Assembly: GCA_947177405.1 (NCBI GenBank) | Contig: CAMWUJ010000003.1 | Span: forward strand, 13,427-77,426 | Direction: 5' to 3' | Length of the DNA stretch: 64,000 nucleotides | Source: an uncultured Porphyromonadaceae bacterium | GTDB taxonomy: Bacteria; Bacteroidota; Bacteroidia; Bacteroidales; Muribaculaceae | Made by a program: the position numbers and the translations under genes | The notes under the pieces: generated by a model | Database searches by the model: none | What the model was told of the DNA's origin: nothing | Seen by the model: only the letters and a program-made list of their open reading frames with translations | Part shown: piece after piece, positions 27,806 to 38,076 of the stretch | Layout of the letters: every line of letters starts with the position of its first letter | How positions within the stretch are numbered: the stretch's first letter is position 1

Positions 27806-29215
27806 ATGAAACTACACCAGCATATCACCACTCTTTCGGCCGATCTGGAAACACCTGTCGGGTTATATCTTAAGATCCGAGACCTGTATCCCTGCTCGGC
27901 TCTTCTTGAGAGTTCGGATTACCACACCAACCAGAATTCTATTTCGATTATAGGGGTTGACCCCATAGGGAGCTTCACCGTAATTAACGACAAAATTATT
28001 ATGAGGTATCCTGATGGTGAAGAGATAGAAACGGTAGCCGACAATGTGCCCGAGAGTCTGAAAGGATATATCCAATCATTCTCAATCGATATAGATGACC
28101 GCAATCTTTTCACCGGTCTTCTTGGCTACACCGCCTATGACGCCGTGAGATTCTTCGAACCAACTGTGAATATTAGTCGAAGGGAAAAAGAATTTCGCGG
28201 GATACCGGATATGCAGTATCTCCTTTACAGGTTTATAATTCAACTAAATCATTTCCGTAATGAAATGACAATCATTGAAAATATCCCTGTAGTGGAAGAT
28301 AATGAAATATCTGCTGGCAAAAGCGCTGAATTGCTTTCAATCATAAGAAATAATAACATTGCAATTTATCCTTTTAAAACTGAAGATGATATAGAATCTC
28401 CTGTGAGCGATGAGGAATATAAGGATATGGTAAGAAAGGGAATCAGGCATTGCCGTAGAGGAGATGTATTCCAGATTGTGCTTTCAAGACGTTTCTCACA
28501 GGGTTTCACCGGAGATGAATTCAACGTTTATCGTGCATTGCGTTCAGTGAACCCCTCCCCTTACCTTTTCTTCTTTGATTTCGGCAGTTTCCGGGTATTC
28601 GGTTCCTCACCGGAAACTCATCTTAGAGTCACTTCCGATGGTCTGGCATATATCGATCCCATCGCCGGAACTTTCCGCCGAACCGGCGATGATACCCGTG
28701 ACCATGACCTTGCCAAGGAGCTTTTAGCCGATCCCAAAGAGAATGCCGAACACATCATGCTTGTAGATCTCGCCAGAAATGACTTGAGTCGTAGCGGTGG
28801 AAAAGTTTCGGTGGAGTATCTTAAACAAATTCAATATTATTCCCATGTAATTCATATGGTGAGCCGAGTTATTGCCCGCCTCCCGGAAGATGCTGACCCT
28901 TATAAATTATTTGCAGCCACTTTTCCCGCCGGGACATTAAGCGGAGCGCCTAAAGTCAGAGCCATGCAATTGATTAATGATATCGAACCGGTGAGCCGCG
29001 TTACATATGGCGGATGTATAGGTGTGTTGGGGTTCGACGGTTCATTGAATCAGGCCATAACTATCCGATCTTTCCTTAGCGTTGGAGGACGTCTCTACAG
29101 TCAGGCGGGAGCCGGCATTGTAGCTGGTTCCGACCCTAATAGCGAATTGTGTGAGACCAATAATAAGCTTGGAGCTTTGGTGAAGGCAGTGAAAAAGGCA
29201 GAACAATTAAAATGA
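27806..29215 (+). CDS. trpE: anthranilate synthase component I
   Basis: SALLESS allosteric-site motif, GAPKVRAMQLI and GGCIGVLGFDG. Confidence 0.95.
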   Translation: MKLHQHITTLSADLETPVGLYLKIRDLYPCSALLESSDYHTNQNSISIIGVDPIGSFTVINDKIIMRYPDGEEIETVADNVPESLKGYIQSFSIDIDDRNLFTGLLGYTAYDAVRFFEPTVNISRREKEFRGIPDMQYLLYRFIIQLNHFRNEMTIIENIPVVEDNEISAGKSAELLSIIRNNNIAIYPFKTEDDIESPVSDEEYKDMVRKGIRHCRRGDVFQIVLSRRFSQGFTGDEFNVYRALRSVNPSPYLFFFDFGSFRVFGSSPETHLRVTSDGLAYIDPIAGTFRRTGDDTRDHDLAKELLADPKENAEHIMLVDLARNDLSRSGGKVSVEYLKQIQYYSHVIHMVSRVIARLPEDADPYKLFAATFPAGTLSGAPKVRAMQLINDIEPVSRVTYGGCIGVLGFDGSLNQAITIRSFLSVGGRLYSQAGAGIVAGSDPNSELCETNNKLGALVKAVKKAEQLK

Positions 29216-29784
29216 CAAAAATGAAACTTCTTATATTTGATAATTACGATTCATTCACATATAATATCGTTCACACCGTGCGAGAGCTTGGATTCGATCC
29301 GACTGTGGTTCGTAATGACATGATTTCTCCTGAAGAGATTGAGGAATTTGACAAAATCATCATATCTCCGGGACCCGGCATCCCTTCCGAAGCAGGAATA
29401 TTGCCGGAGTTATTGAGGAGATATGCCGGAAAGAAGCCTATTCTCGGTATATGTCTGGGTCATCAGGCTATCGGTGAGCGTTTCGGGGCCAAACTGGAGA
29501 ATCTGAAGGATGTTTATCACGGTGTGCAGACAGAAATTCATCTCACTGAAAAAGATTACATATTTGATGGTCTGGAAGATCACTTCCCTGTGGGTCGCTA
29601 TCATTCTTGGATTGTGGGGAATCAGGATTTCCCTGAATCTCTCATCGTTACTTCCAGAGATTCGGAAGGAAAGATCATGTCAATGCGTCACAATTCCTTT
29701 GATATTCATGGTGTGCAATTCCACCCGGAATCTCTTCTTACTCCCGACGGTAAAAAAATTATTTCAAATTTTTTATTTCATTAG
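29212..29784 (+). CDS. trpG: anthranilate synthase component II (glutamine amidotransferase)
   Basis: GICLGHQAI (Cys nucleophile) and GVQFHPES. The ATGA overlaps the trpE stop. Confidence 0.9.
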   Translation: MTKMKLLIFDNYDSFTYNIVHTVRELGFDPTVVRNDMISPEEIEEFDKIIISPGPGIPSEAGILPELLRRYAGKKPILGICLGHQAIGERFGAKLENLKDVYHGVQTEIHLTEKDYIFDGLEDHFPVGRYHSWIVGNQDFPESLIVTSRDSEGKIMSMRHNSFDIHGVQFHPESLLTPDGKKIISNFLFH

Positions 29785-29810
29785 AGTTAAAAACTGAACA
29801 CTTACTTGAA

Positions 29811-30812
29811 ATGAACCGTATATTATCCAATCTATTCGAACATAAAAGTCTTAGCCGTAAAGAGGCTCGCGATGTGATGCTCAATATCGCCGACGGCAAA
29901 TATAATGACAATCAGCTGTCAGCCTTCATGACGGTATATCTTATGCGAAGCATCACTGCTGAAGAGCTAAGTGGGTTCCGTGATGCTATCCTTGAGCGAC
30001 GAGTGGTCGTGGATTTAGGGGAGGATGGCAAAAATGTTATAGACATTGTAGGTACCGGAGGAGATGGTAAGAACACTTTCAATATCTCTACAGCGGCATG
30101 CTTCGTTGTGGCCGGAGCCGGTCGGAAAGTAGTTAAACATGGAAATTATGGATCGAGTTCGATTTCCGGATCATCAAATGTGCTTGAACATCATGGAGTG
30201 AAATTCACTGACAATCCGGAAAGATTGCAACAATCTTTGGAAGAGAGCGGAGTTTCCTTTCTGCATGCGCCATTCTTCAGTCCGGCCTTGAAGAGTGTCG
30301 GACCTGTGAGACGATCTCTTCGGATGCGCACGTTTTTTAATATGCTTGGCCCGTTGGTGAATCCTACAATGCCCAAGAATCAATTGTTAGGTGTATATAA
30401 TCTCAAGCTTATGCGTCTATACAGATATATAGCTCAGAACGAAGGAATCAACTGCACAATAGTCCATTCTTTAGATGGTTATGATGAAATATCCCTTACC
30501 TCCTCCTTTAAGATATGCAATAATTTCAGGGAGTTGGTTCTTGAACCTGAATCATTGGGATTTGCACGGATTCGGCAGGAAGAATTATCCTGTGGGCAGA
30601 CTATTGACGAGGCTTCTGATATCTTTGATGATGTCTTGGCAGGGAGAGCATCGGAGGCTAAAAAAAATTGTGTAATCGCAAACGCAGCCTTTGCCCTTTC
30701 CACCCTTACTCCTGAATTGCCTTTGGATAATGCAATTTCAATAGCCCGGGAATCTCTTGAGAGCGGGGGTGCACTGGATAAGTTCGAACAATTTGTGAAA
30801 ATTAATTCGTGA
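29811..30812 (+). CDS. trpD: anthranilate phosphoribosyltransferase
   Basis: DIVGTGGDGKNTFNISTAA and KHGNYGSSS. Confidence 0.95.
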   Translation: MNRILSNLFEHKSLSRKEARDVMLNIADGKYNDNQLSAFMTVYLMRSITAEELSGFRDAILERRVVVDLGEDGKNVIDIVGTGGDGKNTFNISTAACFVVAGAGRKVVKHGNYGSSSISGSSNVLEHHGVKFTDNPERLQQSLEESGVSFLHAPFFSPALKSVGPVRRSLRMRTFFNMLGPLVNPTMPKNQLLGVYNLKLMRLYRYIAQNEGINCTIVHSLDGYDEISLTSSFKICNNFRELVLEPESLGFARIRQEELSCGQTIDEASDIFDDVLAGRASEAKKNCVIANAAFALSTLTPELPLDNAISIARESLESGGALDKFEQFVKINS

Positions 30813-30814
30813 TT

Positions 30815-31612
30815 ATGAATATACTTGAAGAGATTGCGGCCACAAAACGACGTGAAGTTGAGGCAATGAAATTAATTGTCCCGGAAAAGACCATGAAAGT
30901 TGAGGCTTATACAGTGCTTAGGTCTATAATATCAATGAAGTCATCAATCCTGAATAAAAAGCCGGGAATAATAGCGGAACATAAACGCCGCTCACCCTCC
31001 AAAGGAGAGATTCATCCCATGAGCGATGTAGCAAAGGTGGCAGCGGGATATGTAGCCAACGGTGCTTCAGCCATGTCGGTCTTGACAGACACTCCTTATT
31101 TCGGAGGATCAGTTTCCGATTTCATGGTGGCCCGGCAGACTGCACCCCGACTCCCTTTATTGAGGAAGGAATTTATTGTGGATGAATATCAAATCTTTCA
31201 GTCACGTCTTATCGGTGCGGATGCAGTGCTTCTTATCTCCTCCATTCTTGATGCCGATACCTTAAGACGGTTTAATGATACGGCTCACATGCTCGGACTC
31301 GAGACTCTTGTCGAAGTTCACTCCCTGCATGAGCTATCCTCCCTGCCCGAAGATGCAGATATGGTCGGAGTGAATAATAGAGATCTGACTTCATTCTCCA
31401 CCGATATCTCTAATTCAAGATTATTATTTGATTCTTTGCCCGCAGGAATGGTGAAGATAGCGGAAAGCGGTATTCTTAAGGCTGAGGATATTGTAGGGCT
31501 GCAAAAAATCGGATTTGACGGATTCCTGATTGGCGAGGCGTTTATGTCGGCTCCTGATCCGGGAGAAAGATTGGCAGAGTTTATTGATTATGCTAATTCT
31601 AACAAAAATTAA
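30815..31612 (+). CDS. trpC: indole-3-glycerol phosphate synthase
   Basis: IIAEHKRRSPSKG, LRKEFIVD and VGVNNRDL. The track start at 30809 is a GTG overlapping the trpD stop, so I prefer the ATG at 30815. Confidence 0.9.
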   Translation: MNILEEIAATKRREVEAMKLIVPEKTMKVEAYTVLRSIISMKSSILNKKPGIIAEHKRRSPSKGEIHPMSDVAKVAAGYVANGASAMSVLTDTPYFGGSVSDFMVARQTAPRLPLLRKEFIVDEYQIFQSRLIGADAVLLISSILDADTLRRFNDTAHMLGLETLVEVHSLHELSSLPEDADMVGVNNRDLTSFSTDISNSRLLFDSLPAGMVKIAESGILKAEDIVGLQKIGFDGFLIGEAFMSAPDPGERLAEFIDYANSNKN

Positions 31613-31625
31613 TATTATAAGTAAT

Positions 31626-33068
31626 ATGTCAAATATGAAGATTAAGGTTTGTGGAATAAAGCCTGACGCAAACATGAAAGATGTAGCGAACAGTGGCGTA
31701 AACATGATGGGGTTTATCTTTCATTCTCTTTCCCCTCGTTTTTGCGGGAATCAGTTCGGGCCATTCACTTTGGGAAGTATTCCGGAGAATGTATGTCCGG
31801 TTGCCGTAACTGTTAACTGGAGCGAGGCAGCGATTCTCGATCTTGCCTCGCGATATGGATTCAAGTATTTTCAGCTTCATGGAGAGGAATCACCGCAGAT
31901 GTGTGATGCCCTACGCAGGCAAGGGTTGAAGATAATTAAATCCATTGGTATAAAAGAGAGGAAGGATATACGGAAGGCCGACAGATATGCCGGAAATGTG
32001 GATTACCTTCTATTTGACACAAAGAGTGTGAATCACGGTGGAACAGGAAAAAAATTTAATTGGGAGTTCCTTAACGACTACAATCTTTCTGAACATTTCT
32101 TTCTTAGCGGAGGTATCGATTCAGATGATGTGGAGATTATCCGGTCGCTCTCTCATCCATGCCTTGAGGGTATAGACATTAACAGTGGTTTTGAAATAAC
32201 GCCGGGGGTGAAGGATGTGGATAAATTGAAAGACTTCATTTTCCGCATAAAACATTCTTCACTTGAAGATACGCCTATTGATATAAAGAAAAACCGTCTG
32301 AAAGAATTATTAAAAAATAAAAGAGATAACTTATTAGCAGTTTATTTCACGGTCGGTTTCCCTAATCGTGATTCCACAGTGGAGATTATCGATGCTCTCT
32401 GTTTTCAGAATGTGGATATTATTGAAGTAGGGATTCCCTTTTCCGATCCCATGGCAGATGGAGTGGTGATTCAACACAGTGGAAACATCGCTCTGAATAA
32501 CGGGATGACTCTTTCTCTTCTTCTGAAGCAGGTGAAGGAAGCAAGGAAAAGAAATCCCGACACTCCTTTTGTTGCAATGGGTTATCTGAATCCCATAATG
32601 CAGATGGGAAAGGAGAATTTCTTCCGAAGGGCAAAGGAATCGGGTATTGATGGAGTGATTATTCCCGATCTCCCCTTCGATATCTATATGAAGGAATATA
32701 AAGAACTCAGTGACCGATATAACATTCCTGTGATTATGCTTATCACTCCCGCGACATCTGATCATCGCATAAGATTGATAGACCGACATTGTGATGGTTT
32801 CATATATATGGTATCTACGGCATCAACCACCGGTGCTCGTGATAAGTTTGATTATAATGCGCTATCCTATTTTGAGAGAATTAATTCCATGAACCTCCAC
32901 CATCCACGTCTGATTGGGTTCGGGGTATCTAACCAGTCAACATATGATGATGCTTGTAGATATAGTAACGGAGCTATCATCGGGTCACAGTTCATAAAAC
33001 TTCTGGAGTCGGAACCCACTCCTCAAAAAGCGGCAGAAGCCTTGATGAAAAAGATCCATCGAAAATAG
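31626..33068 (+). CDS. trpA: fused phosphoribosylanthranilate isomerase (TrpF) and tryptophan synthase alpha chain (TrpA)
   Basis: A single ORF. The N-terminal half has MKIKVCGI..GVNMMGFIF..LSGGI (TrpF). The C-terminal half has LLAVYFTVGFP..IEVGIPFSDPMADGVVIQ..GFGVS (TrpA). There is no stop and no in-frame ATG/GTG/TTG at the junction (32260-32330). The upstream part of the track ORF (31530-31625) overlaps trpC and was discarded. Confidence 0.85.
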   Translation: MSNMKIKVCGIKPDANMKDVANSGVNMMGFIFHSLSPRFCGNQFGPFTLGSIPENVCPVAVTVNWSEAAILDLASRYGFKYFQLHGEESPQMCDALRRQGLKIIKSIGIKERKDIRKADRYAGNVDYLLFDTKSVNHGGTGKKFNWEFLNDYNLSEHFFLSGGIDSDDVEIIRSLSHPCLEGIDINSGFEITPGVKDVDKLKDFIFRIKHSSLEDTPIDIKKNRLKELLKNKRDNLLAVYFTVGFPNRDSTVEIIDALCFQNVDIIEVGIPFSDPMADGVVIQHSGNIALNNGMTLSLLLKQVKEARKRNPDTPFVAMGYLNPIMQMGKENFFRRAKESGIDGVIIPDLPFDIYMKEYKELSDRYNIPVIMLITPATSDHRIRLIDRHCDGFIYMVSTASTTGARDKFDYNALSYFERINSMNLHHPRLIGFGVSNQSTYDDACRYSNGAIIGSQFIKLLESEPTPQKAAEALMKKIHRK

Positions 33069-33078
33069 AAAGAAATAA

Positions 33079-33115
33079 AAGAAAGAGGACAGCCATAAGA
33101 CATGTCCTCTTTCTT
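33079..33115. terminator. bidirectional intrinsic terminator between trpFA and leuB
   Basis: AAGAAAGAGGACA-N11-TGTCCTCTTTCTT followed by ATTTT, with an A-run upstream for the opposite strand. Confidence 0.7.
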
Positions 33116-33134
33116 ATTTTCAAGTCGTTTTAAA

Positions 33135-34196
33135 TTAAGCCTTCTTGATATAATCTACCAGCCATTCACCGATTTCTTTGGTTCCATATTTCTCGCCTCC
33201 ATCCACTTGAATCTCCGGAGTGCGGACATTGGCATCAAGAGAGGCATTGACAGCTTTTCTTATCAATGATCCTTCCTCTTTAAGATCAAAGTATTCAAAA
33301 AGCATGGCTACTGATAATACCTGAGCCAAAGGATTGGCAATGTTCAATCCTTTTGCCTGAGGCCATGACCCGTGTATGGGTTCGAAAACAGGAGTGCTGG
33401 TTCCTGTCGAAGCCGACGGAAGAAGTCCCATCGAACCGCTGATCACCGAACCCTCATCCGTAAGGATATCACCGAATGTATTCTCAGTGACCATTACATC
33501 AAAAAATTTCGGCTCCTGAATCATACGCATTGCAGCATTATCAACATACATATAATCTGTCGTGACCTCCGGATAAGAAGGAGCCATCTCCTGCGCAATC
33601 TTTCTCCAAAGACGACTTGATGCCAATACATTGGCCTTATCTACGACAGTGAGATGCTTGCGACGTTTCATGGCATACTCAAAGCCAACCTTCAGGATTC
33701 GCTCGATTTCGGGGCGTGTGTAATAATTGGTATCGTAGGCCTTCTCGTCATCCTGATATTTCTCTCCGAAATACATACCACCTGTCAACTCGCGGATGCA
33801 AATGAAATCAGCACCTTCCACCAACTCCGGACGAAGAGGTGATTTATGAATCAGACACTTGAAAGTCTCCACAGGTCGAATATTGGCAAAAAGGCCCAGT
33901 TTCTTTCGCATAGCAAGAAGCCCCTGCTCCGGACGCACCTGAGCAGTAGGATCATTATCGAATTTCGGATCACCCACAGCTGAGAAAAGCACGGCATCCG
34001 AATTCTTGCATATCTCATATGTTTCCTCAGGGAATGGATCGCCTACCTTGTCGATTGCATCCGCACCACACAAAGCATACTCATAGCTTACCTTGTGGCC
34101 AAACTTCTCACAAACAGCAGTCATCACGTCAACTCCAACCGCTGATATTTCGGGGCCGATACCGTCACCGGGCAACACCGCTATCTTCAATTCCAT
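33135..34196 (-). CDS. leuB: 3-isopropylmalate dehydrogenase
   Basis: [13 protein letters not shown] and [25 protein letters not shown]. Confidence 0.95.
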   Translation of the reverse strand: MELKIAVLPGDGIGPEISAVGVDVMTAVCEKFGHKVSYEYALCGADAIDKVGDPFPEETYEICKNSDAVLFSAVGDPKFDNDPTAQVRPEQGLLAMRKKLGLFANIRPVETFKCLIHKSPLRPELVEGADFICIRELTGGMYFGEKYQDDEKAYDTNYYTRPEIERILKVGFEYAMKRRKHLTVVDKANVLASSRLWRKIAQEMAPSYPEVTTDYMYVDNAAMRMIQEPKFFDVMVTENTFGDILTDEGSVISGSMGLLPSASTGTSTPVFEPIHGSWPQAKGLNIANPLAQVLSVAMLFEYFDLKEEGSLIRKAVNASLDANVRTPEIQVDGGEKYGTKEIGEWLVDYIKKA

Positions 34197-34207
34197 ATTT
34201 ATTATGT

Positions 34208-34439
34208 TAAGTAAGTATTCAAAATTAAACGATAGTAAGTGTTTATTTAATCTTTTATACTATCTGCGGCTTCTTTTTTGCCGATTTTGGCTTGTCGCTC
34301 AGTCACATAGCTCGCTATGCTCCTTCGCTCCGCACCTAATTGAAAATCGACGAGTTTCCAAAACTTAAAACAATGACGAGTCAAATCGTCTAAAAAATAA
34401 GCTCACATATAGTATAAATTAATTTTGAACACTTACTTA
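34208..34439. repeat. intergenic repeat element (third family copy) enclosed by a 21-nt inverted repeat
   Basis: Arms TAAGTAAGTATTCAAAATTAA (34208-34228) and TTAATTTTGAACACTTACTTA (34419-34439) are 20/21 complementary. The interior holds the 36-nt module at 34298-34333 and the unit at 34338-34386. Confidence 0.9.
34338..34386 (+). repeat. repeat unit copy 3 (AATTGAAAATCGACGAGTTTCC-N12-CAATGACGAGTCAAAT)
   Basis: Same head and tail as the units at 5936 and 6173. Confidence 0.9.
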
Positions 34440-35987
34440 TTTATTGTTTTTACCGGGATAGGTATCCTCCATGAGATTAAGCATCTTAACTGTAGCTTTT
34501 ATGGCCGCCTCTGTCTGATCGGCGTCCAGACCTCGCGTGCGATACACTCGATCATCCCAGAGCCATGTGATACAGGTCTGAACAAGCGCATCTGTGCGGC
34601 CGCCCGGAGGAATACCTACCTTATAATCCGACAAATGAGGAAATCTTCTGTCGAGCTTCTCTTTATAGATCTTCTTAACCGCGCGCATCAGAGCATCAAA
34701 CTGGCCGGCTCCCGAAGCGCTCTCCTCGAAAGTCTCCCCGTTTATATTGAGCTTCACCGAAGCAGAAGGCTGAAGTCCATAAGCGGTCGTGATCATATAG
34801 CTCACAAGCTTCACTCTCTCATCTTTAATATTATCTTTAAGCACATCTGACACTATAAAGGGTAGGTCCTCCTGAGTGACAACCTCCTTCTTGTCTCCGA
34901 GCTCAATGATACGTTTTGTCACCATCCTGGTCTGCTCCGCGGTCAATTCAAGACCGAGCTCCTCAAGATTTCGGAGAATATTGGCCTTTCCGCTATTCTT
35001 TCCTAAGGCATATTCCCGCTTACGACCGAAACGTTCGGGAAGCAGGTCATTATAATATAGCTTTGCCTTTCCATCGCCATCGGCATGGACTCCTGCCACC
35101 TGAGTGAAAACATTCTCACCTGTGATGGGACTATTGGGAGGGATTGGAATACCCGAATAGCTTGCCACAAGCCGACTCACATCATTCAAGCGCTCCTCTA
35201 CAATGTTGGTGTGGGCATTGAATTGGTCTTTCAATATGGCCTGCACACTTGCCAATGGAGCATTCCCGGCTCTTTCTCCTAATCCATTTACAGCCGTATG
35301 AATACCCTTACATCCGCCCAAAACCGCTGCCAAGACATTGCTTATCGCAAGATCATAATCATTATGAGCATGAAAATCGAAGTGAATTTCAGGGTATTTC
35401 TTCACCATCTTCTTAATGAAAAGCAGAAGTTCGAGCGGATTCAACACACCTAAAGTATCGGGCAGCATGAAACGTTTGATACCGCAACTCCGCAAGGAAT
35501 CGATCATCGAATAGACATAATCCGGAGAATTCTTTATCCCATTGCTCCAATCTTCAAGATAGACATTTACGGATATCCCTTTTTCAGTGGCTAAAACAAT
35601 CTCACGTTTCACATCATTGAAATGTGCTTCCGGAGTCTTCTTGAGCTGATTTCTGCAATGATTCTCCGACCCTTTGCAAAGCAGATTTATATTTCGGCAT
35701 CCACAGTCGGCAATCCAATCGAGCGAGACTCCATTGTCAACAAATCCCAAGACTTCGACTCTATCAAGAAATCCCTTTTTCGCCGCCCAACGGCAGATAC
35801 GACTCACAGCCTCTTTTTCTCCATCCGACACTCTTGCAGAGGCAACTTCAATACGATCCACGTTCAAGTCCTGTAGAAGGGCACGCGCTATCATAAGCTT
35901 CTCTTGAGGCACAAAGCTTACGCCGCTCGTTTGCTCACCGTCGCGGAGAGTGGTATCCATTATCTCTATTTCCGCAGAATAACTCAT
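34437..35987 (-). CDS. citramalate synthase / 2-isopropylmalate synthase-family enzyme (CimA-like second LeuA paralog)
   Basis: [23 protein letters not shown], and a C-terminal LeuA-type regulatory domain. Its position between leuD and leuB is as in other Bacteroidales leu operons. Confidence 0.8.
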   Translation of the reverse strand: MSYSAEIEIMDTTLRDGEQTSGVSFVPQEKLMIARALLQDLNVDRIEVASARVSDGEKEAVSRICRWAAKKGFLDRVEVLGFVDNGVSLDWIADCGCRNINLLCKGSENHCRNQLKKTPEAHFNDVKREIVLATEKGISVNVYLEDWSNGIKNSPDYVYSMIDSLRSCGIKRFMLPDTLGVLNPLELLLFIKKMVKKYPEIHFDFHAHNDYDLAISNVLAAVLGGCKGIHTAVNGLGERAGNAPLASVQAILKDQFNAHTNIVEERLNDVSRLVASYSGIPIPPNSPITGENVFTQVAGVHADGDGKAKLYYNDLLPERFGRKREYALGKNSGKANILRNLEELGLELTAEQTRMVTKRIIELGDKKEVVTQEDLPFIVSDVLKDNIKDERVKLVSYMITTAYGLQPSASVKLNINGETFEESASGAGQFDALMRAVKKIYKEKLDRRFPHLSDYKVGIPPGGRTDALVQTCITWLWDDRVYRTRGLDADQTEAAIKATVKMLNLMEDTYPGKNNK

Positions 35988-35993
35988 CAGGAA

Positions 35994-36593
35994 TCAGAAT
36001 TGCTTTTTTCTTTCGTATGCTCCTGTCTTCTCCTTGTTTTCAAGAAGAAAATCTATGTCATCGAGAGCATTCATCAGACAATATTTCTTATAGCCGTTGA
36101 TTTCAAAATTCTCGCTCTCTCCTGTGGCAAGATTTGTGACTTTCTGATTAGGAAGATCCACCTCAACTTCCATGGTCGGATTCTGCTCGATCGATTCAAA
36201 AAGATGCAAGAGGAATTCTTCGCTTACAACCACAGGAAGCACAAAATTATTGAGCTCGTTATTTTTGTGGATATCAGCAAAGAAGCTGCTTATCACAACC
36301 TTGAATCCATAACCTGCAATAGCCCAGGCTGCATGCTCACGGCTCGAACCGGATCCAAAATTCTTACCTGCCACCAATATTTCTCCTGAATAAGTGGAGT
36401 CGTTCAAAACAAAATCCTTGTTTAACGAACCATCGGAATTGTATCGCCAGTCTCGGAAAAGATTGTCTCCAAAGAATTTCTCCTCACGTGTGGTAGCTTT
36501 CAGAAATCTTGCAGGAATGATCTGGTCGGTATCAACATTCTCAAGAGGAAGAGGAACGCATCTGCTGCGGATTATGTTGAATTTCTGTTTCAT
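35994..36593 (-). CDS. leuD: 3-isopropylmalate dehydratase small subunit
   Basis: GKNFGSGSSREHAAWA. 199 aa. Confidence 0.95.
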   Translation of the reverse strand: MKQKFNIIRSRCVPLPLENVDTDQIIPARFLKATTREEKFFGDNLFRDWRYNSDGSLNKDFVLNDSTYSGEILVAGKNFGSGSSREHAAWAIAGYGFKVVISSFFADIHKNNELNNFVLPVVVSEEFLLHLFESIEQNPTMEVEVDLPNQKVTNLATGESENFEINGYKKYCLMNALDDIDFLLENKEKTGAYERKKQF

Positions 36594-36604
36594 TGCTTAA
36601 TTGT

Positions 36605-37996
36605 TTAAAGTGTTCTTGGATCCGTAATCACACCCGTAACAGCGGCTGCGGCAGCCGTAAGGGGACTTGCCAACACGGTGCGTGCTCCGGGGCCCTGACG
36701 TCCCTCAAAATTTCTGTTGGAGGTAGATACAGCAAGTTTTCCGGCAGGAATCTTATCATCATTCATTGCCAGACATGCAGAACATCCGGGCTGACGAATC
36801 TCAAAACCTGCACGCTCAAAAAATTTGTCGAGACCCTCCTTCTTCAATTGGTCATATACCATCCACGAACCGGGCACAAGCCATGCAATCACATCCGGAT
36901 GCTTTCTGCGACCGTTTACAATCGAGGCGAATGCATAGAAATCCTCGATCCGGCCATTGGTACAGGCTCCTAAAAATACATAGTCCACCTTAGTTCCAAT
37001 AAGTTTCTCTCCAGGCTTGAATCCCATATAGTCAAGACTTTTGAGGAATGAGCCGCGACCCTCCTCCGGGATTGTCTCAAGAGAGGGGATGGAATCCTCT
37101 ATACCCATACCCATTCCGGGGTTAGTGCCGTAGGTGACCATAGGTGGTATATCCTCCGCACGGAAAGTGAGTTCCTTGTCAAACACTGCGTCATCCCCGC
37201 TTTTAAGTGTTTTCCAATACTCCACCGCCTTATCCCAGTCTTCACCTTTGGGAGCATACTCTCGATCCCTGATATATTCGAAAGTGATTTCATCAGGAGC
37301 GATGAAGCCTCCTCGGGCACCCATCTCGATGGAAAGATTGCAAAGAGTGAGACGTCCTTCCATGGAAAGGTTTCTTACCGCCTCTCCCGCATATTCCACA
37401 AAATATCCGGTAGCGCCTGAAGTGGTGAGTTTCGACATAAGATATAATGCCATGTCCTTGGCTGTCACACCTTCTCCAAATTTCCCTTCAATATTTATCC
37501 GCATTGATTTAGGCTTCTGCTGAAGGATACATTGGGATGCAAGCACCATTTCCACCTCCGAAGTGCCGATGCCGAATGCCACCGCTCCCATCGCGCCATG
37601 TGTGGATGTATGGGAGTCGCCACATACAATCGTCATACCGGGCAATGAAAGTCCACGCTCGGGACCCACCACATGAATGATTCCGTTTTTAGGATGCATC
37701 ATTCCAAAATGCTCAAGACCAAACTCCTCGGCATTTCGTGCAAGGGTATCCACCTGAGTGCGTCCCACTTCATCCTCAATAGGCTTATCCTGATCATGGG
37801 TCGGGGTGTTATGATCGGGAATACAGAAAATCTTTTCCGGACGATAACATTTTATACCTCTTTGTCTCAGACCGTCGAACGCTTGAGGAGATGTCACCTC
37901 ATGACAATATAAACGGTCGATATATAACTGCGAGGGACCATCTTCCACTTTCTGCACCACGTGTGAGTCCCAAATCTTATCGAACAAAGTATTCAT
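36605..37996 (-). CDS. leuC: 3-isopropylmalate dehydratase large subunit
   Basis: [24 protein letters not shown] and GCSACLAMN (Fe-S cysteines). Confidence 0.95.
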   Translation of the reverse strand: MNTLFDKIWDSHVVQKVEDGPSQLYIDRLYCHEVTSPQAFDGLRQRGIKCYRPEKIFCIPDHNTPTHDQDKPIEDEVGRTQVDTLARNAEEFGLEHFGMMHPKNGIIHVVGPERGLSLPGMTIVCGDSHTSTHGAMGAVAFGIGTSEVEMVLASQCILQQKPKSMRINIEGKFGEGVTAKDMALYLMSKLTTSGATGYFVEYAGEAVRNLSMEGRLTLCNLSIEMGARGGFIAPDEITFEYIRDREYAPKGEDWDKAVEYWKTLKSGDDAVFDKELTFRAEDIPPMVTYGTNPGMGMGIEDSIPSLETIPEEGRGSFLKSLDYMGFKPGEKLIGTKVDYVFLGACTNGRIEDFYAFASIVNGRRKHPDVIAWLVPGSWMVYDQLKKEGLDKFFERAGFEIRQPGCSACLAMNDDKIPAGKLAVSTSNRNFEGRQGPGARTVLASPLTAAAAAVTGVITDPRTL

Positions 37997-38076
37997 TTCC
38001 TACTTGAGTTTTTTACCTTTATGATTTTCCTGTCTTACAGCATCGGTTTCGGAATTCCAAAACCATAAGTATATTT

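Noticed and set aside
31530-31625. The N-terminal extension MARRLCRLLIREKDWQ... of the trpF-trpA ORF.
   Set aside because: It overlaps the last 83 nt of trpC in another frame. TrpF homology begins at MKIKVCGI, so the start was moved to 31626 (or 31635).
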